DNA of 64,000 nt from the human T2T-CHM13v2.0 reference genome, Homo sapiens, in assembly GCF_009914755.1 (NCBI RefSeq), contig NC_060927.1; one strand, given 5' to 3'. Both the position numbers and the translations under genes were made by a program. Positions within the stretch are counted from its first letter, which is position 1. Every line of letters starts with the position of its first letter. Below the pieces are notes generated by a model that saw nothing but the letters and a program-made list of their open reading frames with translations, made no database searches and was not told the DNA's origin. This document shows, piece by piece, positions 14,560 through 35,397 of this stretch.

Positions 14560-14830
14560 GCATCAGCAAACATTAGTTAAACACCTATGAGGCCAGTATT
14601 TTTACACATTAATCTCATTTATTCCTCAAAATTACCCTATGAGGTTAATATTATCATCATTAAAGAGATGAATAAATGGGCTTAAAATGCTAAGTAACTT
14701 GCTCAAACTCACAGTTCACAAATACTAATGCTAAGAATCAAACCAAACTATTTCTGGACCTATATTCATCTTCCCTTTAAAGGGAATATCTAACCCAAAA
14801 TTCAAGCCCCTTTGTATGATACCACACTGC
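14560..14830 (-). mobile_element. MIR
   Basis: ATCTCATTTATTCCTCAAAATTACCCTATGAGGT...TAAGTAACTTGCTCAAACTCACAG. Confidence 0.75.
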
Positions 14831-14987
14831 AGTATTATGTTTCAGTTCCATTTCTACTCCATGGACATGAAAGCATCAGTAACAGGCTTTGAAGGTAACA
14901 GGATTTGTTCCTGACGTAAAGCATTTTCATTATGCTTAATTCCCTTTCAGTTAGTTGGCATAATAAATAAACTGTGTATAGATGGAT

Positions 14988-15300
14988 GGAAGGAAGGAAG
15001 GAAAGAATAAAGGGGGGAGGGGTGAGCAGGAAGAGAAGGGAGGAAATGAAGAAGGGAAAAGAAAGAGATGAAAAAAAGGAAAGGAGAGGAGAGGAGAAGA
15101 AAGGAGAAGAGGAGAGGAGAGGAGAGGACAGGACAGGAAAGGAAAGGAAAGGAAAGGAAAGGAAAAAGGGAGGGAAGGAAAGGAGGAAAGGGAAAGAAGA
15201 AGGAAAGAAAGAAAATGAAAGAAAGAAAAGAAAGAAAGAAAGAAAGAAAGAAAGAAAAAGAAAAAGAAAGAAAGAAAAAGAAAGAAAGAAAGAAAAAGAA
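14988..15300 (+). repeat. Polypurine tract, compound (GGAA/GAGGA/GGACA/GGAAA/GAAA)n
   Basis: ~310 nt, almost all A/G. Source of the spurious K/E/R-rich ORFs. Confidence 0.97.
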
Positions 15301-15593
15301 TTTCTATCTCAGATTCTTATATTACTCCCAGCCCAAGGGAAAGTATAAATGGTTCTTCCTTAAAAAAGAAATTAATTATGATATGGTACCCTTCAAACAG
15401 AGAGAACACTAGAATATATTTCTGCCTCTCCTAATTCCTTTAGTAATAGTTAATTAAGTATGTTGCTTTATCTATATATAGAAACTATCTATAATAAATT
15501 AAATAGTGAATTATTTCCAATAAGCTTCACATGTGCACTAACTAGAAACTTCAAATTTCTACAATTTATTACGATAAAGAGAATAATGAGGTA

Positions 15594-15913
15594 CAGATGT
15601 TCATCAACTGAAGGTCACATCACAATAAACCCACTGTAAGTTAAAAATATCCTAGGTTGAAAATACATTTAATATAACTAACCTACTGAAAATCTAGGCT
15701 AACCTAGATTAGCTTAGCCTACCTTAAATGTGCTCAGAAGACTCACATTAGCCTTAGTTGGCCACAATCATCTAAAACACAACCTATTTTTAATGAAGTG
15801 TTGAATACATATGTAATTTATTGAATATTGAAGTATGGCTTCTACTGAATGCATATTGTTTTTGTGCCATCACAAAATGGGAACTTAAACCTTCATAAGT
15901 AGAAGAGTGTCTG
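15594..15913 (+). mobile_element. MER47A (Tigger-family MITE)
   Basis: TA|CAGATG start, ACCTTAAATGTGCTCAGAA and TTCTACTGAATGCATAT internal matches, ...GTCTG end. Confidence 0.88.
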
Positions 15914-16065
15914 CATAGTTGTATTTTCTCTTCCTCCTTTTTTGTGCTATCATTCTGAAAGATATCACATCTATCTGTTACCAAAACAACAATACATTGT
16001 TATAAGTATTACTTTATATACTTTTATTTCTTTTAGAGAAGCTAAGAAAGAAAAGAGTGCAAGTA

Positions 16066-18442
16066 AAGGCATACATTGTTTTATTGTGCTTTGCTTTACT
16101 GCACTTTGCAGATATTGAATTTTTATTAATTGAAGGTTTCTTGCAATCCTATGTCAAGCAAGTCTATCAGTGCCATTTTTCCAGCAGCATGTGTTCATTT
16201 TGTGTGTCTGTGTCATATTCAGATAATTATCTCAATATTTTAAACTCTTTCATTATTATTCTATATGTTATGGAGATTGTGATTAGTGATTTTGGATATT
16301 ACTATTTTAATTGATTTGTGTTCCACAAACCTCACCCATGTAAGACAATGAACTCAATAGGTAAATACATGTGTTCTGACTGCTCCACCAGCCAGCCCTT
16401 CCTTTATCTCTCTTTTTCTCTTCTTGAGCCTCTCTATTCCCTGAAACACAACACTGTAGAAATTAGGCCAATTAAAAAACATACAATAGCCTGTAAGTGT
16501 TCAAGTAAGAAGAGTTCCACATCTGTCACTGAAATCAAAAGCTAGCAGTGATTAAGATTAGTAAAGAAGACATGTTAAAAGCCAAAGCAGGCGAAAAGCT
16601 AGGCTTCTTGTGCCAGAGTTAGGAAGTTGTGAATAAAAAGAAAAAATTCAAGAAATAAAAGTGCTACTCACTTTTAATAAATTTCAAGTGAACACACAAA
16701 TTGTAAGAAAGCAAAACAGGCTGATTGCTGATATACAGACAGTTTTACTGGTCTAGATAGAAAATTAAAAAATCCACAACATTCCCTCAAACCAAAGCCT
16801 AATCCAGGGCAAGGCCTTAAATCTCTTCAATTCTGTGAAGATTGAGAGAGGTGAGGAAGCTGCAGAAGGAAGGTTTGAAGGTAGCAGATGTTGGTTCATA
16901 AGGCTTAAGGAAAGAAGCCATCCCCGTATCACAAAAGTGCAAGGTGAAGGAACAAGTGCTGATGTAGATGCTGCCAATAAGTTCTCTAGGAGATCTAGCT
17001 AAGATTATTGATGAAGGTAAATAAATGCACTAAACAATAGATTTCCAATGGAGATGAAATAGTCTTATATTAGAAGAAAATGCCATCTAGGACTTTCATA
17101 GTTAGAGGGAAGTCAAAGCCTGGCTTCAAAGCTTCCAAGAACAGACTGACTCTCTTGTTAGGAATAACGCAGCTGGTAACTTTAAGTTGAAGCCAGTGCT
17201 CATTTACCACCCTGATACCCTATCAACCTTGAGAATTATGCTAAATCTACCCTACCTGTGCTCTATAAATCAGACAAAAAAAGCCAGGATGATACACATC
17301 TGTATACAGCATGGTTTACGGAATACTGTAAGCCCATTTTTGAGATCACTGCTTAGGAAAAAAAAAAAAATACTCCTTTCAAAACATTACTGCTTGTTGA
17401 CCATGCACCTGGTCACCCAAGAGGTATGACAGAGATGTACAAGGTGTTTAATGTTTTCATGCCATCCTGCAGCCCATGGATCAAAGAGTAATTTTAACTG
17501 TAATATCTAATTATTTAAGAAATACATTTTGTAAGGCTATAGCTGCCATACATAGTGATTCCTCTGATGGATCTAGAAAAAGTAAATTGAAAACTCTTTG
17601 GAAAGTATTTACCATTCTAGATGCCATTAAGAACATTTATGATTCATGTGAGGAGGTCAAAACATCAACATTAACAGGACTTTAGAGGAAGTTGATTCCA
17701 ACCTTCATTGATGATGTAGAGGGGTTCAAGACTTTAGTGGAGAAGTAACTTCAGATATGATGGAAATAGCAAGAGAACTAGAATTAGAGGTGGAGCCTGA
17801 AGATATGACTGAATTGCTGCAATCAACGAATGAGCAGTGGTTTCTTATGAATGAGCCAAGAAAGTGGCTTCTTGAGATAAAATTTTCTGGTAAAGATGCT
17901 GCGAACTTTGTTGAAAAGGCAACAAAGGACTTAAAATATTCCATAAACTTAGTTGATAAAGCGGGAGCTGGGTTTGAGAGTATTAACTGCAATTGTGAAA
18001 GAAGTTCTACTGTGGGTAAAATGCTATCAAACATCATCACATGCTACAGATAAATCTTTCATGAAAGGAATAGTCCTACAATGTGGTAAACTTCAAAATT
18101 ATCTTATTTTAATAAATTTCACAGAAACTTCAAACATTAGCAACCACCATCCTGAACAGTTAGCAGTCATCAACAATGAGGCAAAACCCTCCATCTACAA
18201 AAAGATTATGATTTGCTGAAGTTTCATGATTATTAGCCTTTTTTAACAATAGAGTATTTTAAATTAAGATATGTACAGTATTGATTTAGCTGTAATGCTA
18301 TCACACACTTAATAGACTACAGCATAGTGTAAACACAACTTTTATTTTCACTGGAAAAAAAAGGTGTTACTTGCTTTATTGTGATATTTACTTTATTGTG
18401 GTAGTCTAAAACCAAACCTACAATATGTCTGAGGTGTGCCTA
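16066..18442 (+). mobile_element. Full-length Tigger1 with decayed transposase
   Basis: TIRs AGGCATAC... and ...GAGGTGTGCCT flanked by TA, ~2.4 kb. ORF fragments MDQRVI..NYLRNTF (17476-17685) and EIARELELEVEPED (17757-18053) match pogo/Tigger1 DDE transposase. Many stops and frameshifts. Confidence 0.96.
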
Positions 18443-19989
18443 TATAGACTTGTAGTGTTTATTATGTTATTCTTTTTATTTATCATTTTGGGGTTTATTT
18501 GTTCCTATAAATTCAAATTACCATCTGGTGTCATCTCTTTACTTCAGTATAGCTTTGCTAACACCCACCTGTGTCCTGTTATGGTAAAATGTATATTATT
18601 TCTATATGATACAGATTCAAAAATACAATTTTTATATATATTTATTTTTATACAAATTTTAATTAATAAAAACATGAATTTATACAATTATTATATTATT
18701 ACTTTTATTCTCTGTGGTTTTTTGTATGTATTCAGATTATCATCTGGGATTATTTTCTCTCAGCCTGAAGAAATTTCTTTAGTATTTCTTGTAAGGAGGG
18801 TCTACTAGAAACAAATTCTTTCAGTTTTTATCTGGGAATGTCTTCATCTTTATTTTTGAAATAGAGTTTTGCTGGATATAAGGTATTTGGTTGAAAGAGT
18901 TTTTGCTTGCATTTTTGTTTTGTTCAAGTTTAATTTTATTGCTTTCAAAATTTTCTCTTCATGTGGATATTTTTGCTTTTATCCAATTTGTAGTTTGTTA
19001 AGCTTCTGGGATGGGTAAATTAATATTTATCAAAATTAAAAAATTTGTACACAATATCTCATTAAAATAATTCTTCTTCTCTTTCCTCTGTTCTACTTCT
19101 AATACTCTGTTGCACCTACACTGATGTCCTTAATGGTGTCCTACATTTTCCTGAGGCTCTGTTCACCATTATCCATTCCTTTTTTCTCTCACTTCTTTGA
19201 GCATATAATTTACATTGATCTATGCTCAACTTCTGGTACTCTTTCTCTTGCCAGTTTAAACTACTTTTTGATCCTCTCTAATAAATTCTTCATTTTCATT
19301 ATCGTACTTTTTAATCCAGAATTTTCATTTTTAATTCATTTTTTAAAATGTTTATTTCTATATTGATATTCTATTTAATGAGGCATTGTCATCAGACATT
19401 TCTTTATTTCTTTAAACACAGATACTTGTTTCCTTTAGTTCTTTAAACAAATTTATAGTGGCTGCTTTAAGATTTTTATCTGTTAAATCCAACATCTGGG
19501 CCCTTTCACAGTCAGTTTTCATTGCCAACTTTTGTCTTCCCACTTATAGTCACATTTCCCCATTTCTTTACATGTATCTTAATTTTTGATCAAAAACTGG
19601 AAATTTTTTAGGTTATGGTGGCTCTGAACAAACAAATCATATGATTTGTTTTTGCTGTTTGATTTTCATATGTTTAGCGACTTGGCTGAAACAGCTTAGT
19701 AACGTCTATTTCATCCTGCACTGTGAAGACTTTGATGTCACTCTTCAAAGGGAGCAGTCTAGCTCCCTTTGAAGCAACCTGGGATGACAATTGTTTTGTC
19801 AGGGCTCTCACTGACTTTCTCTTTCACTGGTCTCTAAATTAAGCTGTCATCACACCTTTCACACCATTTGCTGGCATCACACCCAGCTGTTAGTCTCCAC
19901 TCTCTCCAGATAATTGCTCTATTGTTTTTAACAATGCTGTATAGCATAAAATGTTCAACAGTGTGATGCAATTAAAAGTGGGCCCCTTT
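18443..19989 (-). mobile_element. Old L1M ORF1/5' region (host of Tigger1 and the large L1PA)
   Basis: Antisense motifs TTTTGCTGGATATAAG, TTCCTGAGGCTCTGTTCA, AAATCCAACATCTGGGCCC. Confidence 0.7.
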
Positions 19990-20004
19990 GCAATAATCAT
20001 TTCT

Positions 20005-27377
<7,373 letters not shown>

Positions 27378-27546
27378 GCAAGAATAATTTCTGACATCAG
27401 TCTTTGAGGTTTATTCTGCCCCTAGTAGGAATACTATTAGCTATCTATTTTACTGGTTCTTTGCAGTAAATTAACTGGTCTGTGCTTTAGTTGTGGCTAT
27501 CATAGAGTTACTTGCCCCCTTTAAATTGTTTACCACAAAAATCTCC

Positions 27547-27982
27547 TGTATTAGCCAGGGTTCTCTAGAGGGACAGAAAAAATAGGATAGATATATATAA
27601 AGGGGAGTGTATTAAGTATTACCTTATACAATCACAAATTCCCACAATAGGATGTCCACAAGCTTGAGGAGCAAGGAGAGCCAGTCCGAATCTCAAAAGT
27701 GAAGAACTTGGAGTCTGATGTTTGAGGGCAGGAAATGTCCAGCACCAGAGAAGGATGTAGGCTGGGAGGCTAAGCCAGTCTCTCCTTTTCATGGGTTTCT
27801 GCCTGCTTTATATTCACTGGCAACTGATTAGAGGGTGGCCACCAGATTAAGGGGGGGTCTGCCTTCCCAGCCCACTGACTCAAATGTTACTCTCCTTTGA
27901 TAATACCCTCACAAACACACCCAAGATCAATAATTGGCATCCTTCAATCCAATCAAGTTGACTCTCAGTATTAACTATCACA
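27547..27982 (-). mobile_element. MLT2A1 solo LTR (HERV-L)
   Basis: Minus strand reads TGTGATAGTTAATACTGAGAGTCAACTTGATTGGATTGAAGG...CTCTAGAGAACCCTGGCTAATACA. Perfect TSD TCTCC. Confidence 0.93.
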
Positions 27983-28232
27983 TCTCCATTCTTTTTAAAG
28001 CACACTTAAGCTTAAAGCTCCCTTCACTGTTTCACATACAGACATGTTCTAATGGTGGGGCTTCAAAGCCGTCTATTATTCTGAACAGTCTTTACCTCTG
28101 GTCAAAATCTCTAAACCACTGCTCTGGAACTGGGGCAGAAAAAGGGGCCCATTTCTTTCAGAGTAACATTACTGTTTTATAACTGCAGCACTAAGAGAGG
28201 GTTATAGGCTCTGGTCTTCTTGGCTTACCTCT

Positions 28233-28700
28233 TGTCAAGCATGTCCATGTGAAGAAACCACCAAACAGGCTTTGTGTGAGTAATAAAGCTGTTTATTCAC
28301 TTGGGTGCAAGTGGGCTAGTCCGAAAAGAAAGTCAGCGAAGAGAGATGGGAAAAGGGTTGTTTTATAGGAGTTGGGTAGGTAATGGAAAATTACAGTGAA
28401 AGGTGGTTATCTATTGTTAGCAGAGGAGGGGGTCATAAGGTACATGGTGGGGAGATCATAAGACTCATTGTCCAGAAGAAGAATGTCACAAAGTCAATTG
28501 ATCAGCTAAGGTAAGGCAGGGACAAGTCACAGTAGTAAAATGCTGTAATGCTGGTTATTCAGTTAAGGCAGGAACTGGCTGTTTTACTTCTTTGTGGTTT
28601 TTTGGCTGCTCCAGACTTCTTGGCTCCTGCAGGCCACCTGGATGTATATGTGGAGCTCACAGGGGTTATAATGGCTGAGCTTCGGCTCAGAGGCCTAACA
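28233..28700 (-). mobile_element. LTR7C-like solo LTR (HERV-H)
   Basis: Minus strand reads TGTTAGGCCTCTGAGCCGAAGCTCAGCCAT...CTCACACAAAGCCTGTTTGGTGG...TGACA. 468 bp, perfect TSD CCTCT. Confidence 0.93.
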
Positions 28701-29409
28701 CCTCTCCGTCATGAAACCTCTACCTGAGAAACAAGGTTGGGCAGCGACTGTGGAGATCCCAGTATTTTTTACTTGCCATACCTGGAGTAGAATCTCTGCC
28801 CTATGAATGGGAACTGAAAGGAAGAAGGGAGCCTGTGACAACTTTCTAGGATGCTTTCTTCTATAATTTAGTCTTCGACACACAGCTGGTTGAGATGATA
28901 AGTAATGTGGCCAGGCTGTCTTCAAAAGATACTGTGGCCCTTCACTGGCAGCTGGAGGAAGAGAGAGCTCAGATATGTTAGCCAAATCCGCTTACAGCAG
29001 ATGTCTCAGTGCTTCGCTGGGAGGGGGGCAGTTTGTGGCTTACATGCTCCAGACTTTCACTGTTATTAATTACATTTCATAGGTTTATTGATTAAATATT
29101 TCTTCTGTGTGATTTCCTTTCTGCTCTTAGACAGTTTCCAGGGACTTTAAAGAGTTTTCTTTTTGTTTTTTAAACAATTTTTGCAAGTTATGCTCTATCC
29201 ATAATCTTTTCTCAGTTTTACCTGAAAGAGTGTCTTTGAAGCTCCTTATGCTGCAAATCCAGAAGTTTAAGCAGTGTCTTTCTCCACTTGTGGCTTTAAA
29301 TTTCATTTCTATGATGAGTAATGGATACTATCCACTTTTTTTAAAATCCAGGAATTTTTTTTTATCACTTACCTTACAAAAATATATAATTCATTTATCC
29401 AAATGACCA

Positions 29410-30880
29410 CAATTATTTTTAACAACTTTATTGAAAGAAAAATTTGACATGCAAATTGCACATATTTAAAGTGTACAAATTGGTACGTTCTGATATATGT
29501 ATACTCCAATAAAACCATCACTACACTAATAAATGTATACATTACTCCCCAAATTTGCTCATGTCCTTTTGTAATTCTTTCTACTACATCTTTCTACCCA
29601 CTATTCCCTTGCACTCTCCTTATGTAAGCACTGATTCACTTTCCATTTATATAGATGAGTTATCATTGTCTAGACTGTAATACCAATAATACCATGTAAT
29701 ATATAATATTTTTGTCTATCTCCTCCCGTAAATGTAGTTATTTTTGATTCATTCATTCATTTTGTAGTGTATATCAACAGTTCTTTCCTAATCATTGCTG
29801 AATACTATTATATAATATCCATTCATCTGTTGATGGATACTTCATTGTTTATAGTTTTAGGCTATTAAAACTAAAATTGCTATGAATATTTATGTGCAAG
29901 ATTATTTTTGGACATATGGCTTTATTTCTTTTGGGTAAAATCCTTGGAGTGGAATAACCATATCTTATGGTAGGTATATGTTTAACGTCTTTTGAAAACT
30001 GCCAAACTCTTTTCTAAAGTGGTTATTCTGTTTTACATTCTGACCAGTAGTATATGAAAATTCCAGTTTCTCCATATAGTTGCCAATAAATGGTATGATC
30101 TGTATTTTTATTTTCAGCAATTCCAATAGATATGTAGCAGGATCACATTGTACTTTTAATTTGTATTTATCTAACAGTGAAATATTGCCCAAATCAACTA
30201 TTTTAATGAGTTGTTTTCATCATCTTTTTTAGATTGAGAGTTCTTTATATATTCCAAATACACATATTTTTATATACATATGACTGCAAATATTTTCTCC
30301 CAGGTTGCGACTTAACTTTTAATTATTTTAATAGTATGTTTCAGGAACAAAATTTTCTAATTTTTATAAATTTTAATTTATCAGTATGGTCTTAATAGAT
30401 TTTCTTTTAATTCCCTAAATGTAGATAACAACAGTTTTTAAATACATATTTTTCTAAAGTTTTATAATTTAGGTTTCACATTTAGGTCCAAAATTTTTCT
30501 CTATTAGTGTTTTAATGTGAGCTAAGGTATAAATTGCAAGAGATTTTTAAAAATTTTGTTTTTGTTGGGTTTGGTTAACCAGTATTGAAATAACTGTCCT
30601 TTCTCCACTGAATTGTCTTTGCACCTTTTCCAAAAATCAGTTGTCCATATATGGCTGGGCTTACTTTTTGGCTCTCTATTCTGTTTCATTAATATATTTG
30701 TTTATTTTGGTGCCAACAGCACAGTCTGCATTACTACTGCTTTATTGTAAGTTTTATATTCAGACAGTGTTATTTCTTTAGTTTTGTTCTTCTTCCTCAA
30801 AGATTTATTTATCCATTCTATGTCTTCGCATTTTTAAATAAAATTTAGGGTCAATTTTTTCAATTACTATTCTAAAAATT
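29410..30880 (-). mobile_element. L1MC/L1MD-like 3' end
   Basis: TTTTTAACAACTTTATTGA...TGCACATATTTAAAGTGTACAA and ORF2-like minus-strand ORF 29965-30192. Confidence 0.75.
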
Positions 30881-30884
30881 TGGA

Positions 30885-33800
30885 TGCAGAGATGTAACTT
30901 CCCAAATGCATCATTGAGAACTTCTGTGAATCTCATTCTCCACGAAACCAGTGAAAATTCTGGCAAAAATTGTCAAAATCAGCTTTCTTAATGACTCTGG
31001 AAATTAGCCATGGTCTTATTACAATTACAGGGTTTTTGATGAAAACAAAACAAAGGAAAAACTGTTATACCTTGATAAGAAAAGCAATTTTTGGCTTTTA
31101 TGTTTGGCTTATCACCATCCCTCTTCATAGATATTGGTTATTAGTTCAACTTCAAGGCTTCATTGTACCCTTGAAAACAAGACCTCACAACTACAATAGC
31201 AGTGAAAACCAGGAGCTTGCACCACTACAAAGAACAGACTAGGCTTTCATTTCTTCAAAGAAAAGCCCTTCTTCAGGCTACTGTCACAGTTAGACCTGTA
31301 TCACAGCTATTTAGAATAACCTGATTTCTAGGACATTACCATTATTTAGCTTGACTTTGAGCTCACCACATTGAAAATGTCTATCCCCAGAGAATTTGTT
31401 TAAAAAAAAATTGTTTACCATAGCAGCTGCTTACGACTTTAATACAAGTTGAGGCAAGCAAGAGCCTGACAATTTTTAAAAAGGTTTGGGTATCAAAATT
31501 CCCATAGAAAGCTTGGGAAAAGCTCTGATATATTCCTGTAGTTGTAGAAGTCTACGTGCATGTACAAGGATGTGGATATGACCATGATACAACCTGACAG
31601 GCCCAATCTCTTAGGACTGTCTGAATTTAAAGTATTATACAAGCAGGAAGTAAATGATAAGTCAGAGTTGTAAACAGCCTGTACATTGAAGGCATAACTA
31701 AACTTGCATACAGATCCACATGGTAAAGGATGGTAGTTCAAGGTTTTTAAACAAAACTCTGATCAATCACTAGCTTATGTCTAGGTTAATCAAACAGAAA
31801 CTTCCATGGCAGAACATTACAGGAAAAAACAGACTTTATCAAATTAGTTCAAAAAAGTCACTAACCAAACAAACAGAAACAGCAACAACAAAAAAACATG
31901 AATAAGAGTAAGAATAAAGTATTGCAGAGTTACCATAGTATGTTATCCCAAATATCCAGTTTTTAACAAAAATTACCAAAAAATTTGAATGTATGGTTCA
32001 TACATGGAAAGAAATGCAGTCAATAGAAACTCCCTAAGGGGACTCAAATATTGGACTTATTAGACACAGACTTAAATCAGCAACTGTAATTGTAGTTAAA
32101 AAAAAAAAAAACTAAAGAAAATAATGTCTAAAAAATTAAAGGTATAACAGTGATTATCACATGTATAAGATAGAATATGAATAAAGAGACAGTAATTAGA
32201 AAAATAAAGCCAAGTAGAAATGTTGGAACTGAAAATAACAATAACAAAAATTTCACTTGGAAAGTTCAACAGTAGACTTGATCTAGCAGAAGAAAGAATC
32301 AGCAAACTTGAAGAGAGACCAACTGACATAATCCAGATTTTGAAATAGCAAAAAATAACTAAGAAAAATAGACAGAGTCTCTAAGATCCATGAGATACTA
32401 TCAAGTTGTACCTACAAATGCATAGTGAAATTCCCAGAAGAGATAAGAGACAAAAAGCAGAAATAATATTTTTTAAAAATGTCTAAAAACTTCCCAAATG
32501 TGATGGTAAAGAGACAAACTTGATTAAAAATAGAAACAAAGACAAACTGCACATCCTTGATGAAAAGATTAATCTACACATCCAGGATGTTCTATACCCT
32601 CAAAGTAGGACAAATGAAAGAAATTCACATATAGACACAACTTGGATTGTTCGTTCCTCCTTGTCAGCCATACATAACCCCTTGGAAGCTGATTGGAAAC
32701 CTACTTTCACAGGTTTTAAGGCAAGTTGACTCAGAGGAGAAGTACAGGACAATTGGAAGAGATATAAATATTGGTGGCGACCTCACCACTTGCACCTCTC
32801 CCACTATGCATGCATACAAAAAGGACACAGTTACCTCTTTAGAACTGCCAGACCCAAGTTCTAAAATAAAATCCATCTTTCTATCTTTCTCTGTCCATAA
32901 ATAAATGTGAATTTATAAGGGAAAAAACTGTAACAAAACGAAAAAGGTATAAAAAGCTAAACTGTAAAATGTCAAATTGTTTTCTTATTGATGCCCTGAG
33001 GAATACAAAGTGTAATAAGTAAAATAATAAAATTTTTAAACTGTCAAGCTGTAAAAAGTCAAAAACAAAGAGAGAATTGTGAAAGCAACAAGAAAAAATG
33101 ACTTAACATGTACAAAAAATTCCAAATAAAAATTAACAGCTGACTTCTCACTACAAACAATGAAGACCAGAACACAATGGAATGATATATTCAAAGTGCT
33201 GAAGGAAAAAAATATATCAATCTTTAATTCCCTATCTGGTAAAACTCTCCTTTAAAAATCAAAAAGAAAATAAGGTATTTCCAGATAAAAACTCAGAGCA
33301 TGCTTTGCTAAACACATGTCCTACAAAAAATAATTATAGGAGGTTTTTCATGCCAAAAGAAAAGGACACTAAATAGTAACTCAAATCTACATGAATAACT
33401 AAAGAGTACTAGTAAGGATAACTACATAGGTAAATATAAAACATGTCTAAATATATTTGTATAATTTTTCTTAGCTACTTTAAGACAATATTGCATAAAG
33501 AAATTAATTATAAAATGCTGATAGACATAATGTATACATATGAAATTTGAATGACAATAATGACACAAAGGAAGATTTAGGGAATGTAAGCATATTAAAG
33601 TAAATATTTCTTAAACTATTGAAAATAAGTTTTTGTTAACATAAATTAGATTGCTTTAAGATAATAATTGTAATGTCCTGGGAAACCCCTAGAAAAATAG
33701 CTAACAGCAACAAAATGAAAACAATAACGAGATTAAATTGTACACTAGAATATATCTATTAATACAAAAGAAGGCATAATGAAAAAAACAAAGATATAAG

Positions 33801-33932
33801 ACATTCAGAAGACAAGAAAAAATGGAAGACATAAAATCTACCTTACCAGTAATTAAATTAAAAGTGAGTGGAGTAAAACCTCCAGTCAAAAGTTGTAGAA
33901 TAGCAAAATGGGTTTTAAAAAATGATCCAGCC
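30885..33932 (+). mobile_element. Old L1M 5'UTR, ORF1 and start of ORF2
   Basis: GCAGAAGAAAGAATCAGCAAACTTGAAGA, CAGCTGACTTCTCA..TGGAATGATATATTCAAAGTGCTGAA. ORF 33822 (TLPVIKLKVSGVKPPVK) resembles the EN start. Confidence 0.8.
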
Positions 33933-35325
33933 AGAGACATCATCAAGAAGCTGACTAGACTAAGAAGTCCAATGCTAGTCTCCTACTACACAAACAAAGA
34001 CCAAAATACAAATAATTAACTGCACATCAAAGAGTACCTAAGGGAGAACATAGGAATTTAACAAATAAAGAGACAAAAATCACCTGAAGCATGGAAACAT
34101 GGGATGGCAGCATAGAAAGGGAGGCAAAACCACATGACTAGGATACACTTGGAGCCAAGAAGGACCCCCTGTTGTGGGAAAAAGGTAAGCAAATTTCTGG
34201 CAGTCCCCATTGACATCATGAATACATGTGATCCTACCTATAGGAGAACTTCACTGTACTCATAGTTCCTGAGCCCAATATAGTAGCTGTCTGGAGTCAA
34301 TGCAGCTACATTGCTCTTTTGTGTACTGATATAAAAAAACAGATACATAGACCAATGCAATAGCAAAGAGAACCCAGAAATAAATCAACAATTTTACAGA
34401 CAACTGATTTTCAACTAAGATGCCAAGAACATATATTGTGGGAAGAACAGTTTCTTCAATAAGTGATATAGGAAAAACTGGATAGCAATAAGCAGAAAAA
34501 TGAAACTATATTCCTGTCTCTCACCATATACAAAAATCAAATCAAAGTCAATTACAAACTTAAATGTAAGACCTGAAACTTTGAAACTACTAGAAGAAAA
34601 CATAGGAGAAATGCTGGAGGACATTCATGCAAAGATTTTTATGGATGAGACCTCAAAATCACAAGAAACATAAACAAAAAGTAGCTAATGGAATTTTATC
34701 AAACTAAAAAGCTTCTGCACAGAAAAAGAAACAATCAACAAAGTGACGACACAACATGTAGAATGGAAGAAAATATTTGCAAACTGATTATCCAAGAAGG
34801 GACTAGTTTCCAGGCTATAACAGAAACTCAAACAGCTCAACAGCAAAAAAACCAAATAATTAAATTCAAATATGGGCATATAATTTGAATAGACATTTCT
34901 CAAGGAAGCCATACAAACAGCCAACAACCATGAAAAAATGCTCAACACTAATCAGCAAAATGCAAATCAAAACCACAATGAATTATTATCTCACTTCAGT
35001 TACAATGGGTATTATCAAAAAGATAGGCAATAACAAGTGTTGGTGAGGAGGCAGAGAAAAGGGAATCCTTATTCTTATTGAGAATGTAAATTAGTGTAGC
35101 TATTGTGGAAAACAGTATGGAGGGCTCTCCTGCATATACTAAAATAGAACTACCATATGATACAGCAATCCCACTGCTAGATATATAGTGAAAAAAAATA
35201 AAAGGAAATCAATATATGGAAGAGATATCTCGACTCCCATATTTATTGCAGCACTATTTACAATAGCCAAGATATGAAATCAATCTGTGAGTTTATCAGC
35301 AGATAAATGAATAAGGAAAATGTGG

Positions 35326-35326
<1 letters not shown>

Positions 35327-35372
<46 letters not shown>

Positions 35373-35397
35373 TGAGAGAGAGACAGACAGAGAGAGA
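35327..35397 (+). repeat. (TG)n(GA)n microsatellite
   Basis: Direct read. Confidence 0.97.

Larger units (their letters stand above)
27393..29270 (-). mobile_element. Old L1M 5'UTR remnant hosting MLT2A1 and LTR7C
   Basis: Continues 18443-19989 across the L1PA TSD. Ends in GCTCCTTATGCTGCAAATCCAGAAGT, resembling an L1M 5' terminus. Confidence 0.55.

Noticed and set aside
14974-15412. K/E/R-rich ORFs of 124 and 114 aa
   Set aside because: Artefact of a stop-free polypurine microsatellite.
17187-18219. Domesticated TIGD1-like gene
   Set aside because: The transposase is split across frames by several stops.
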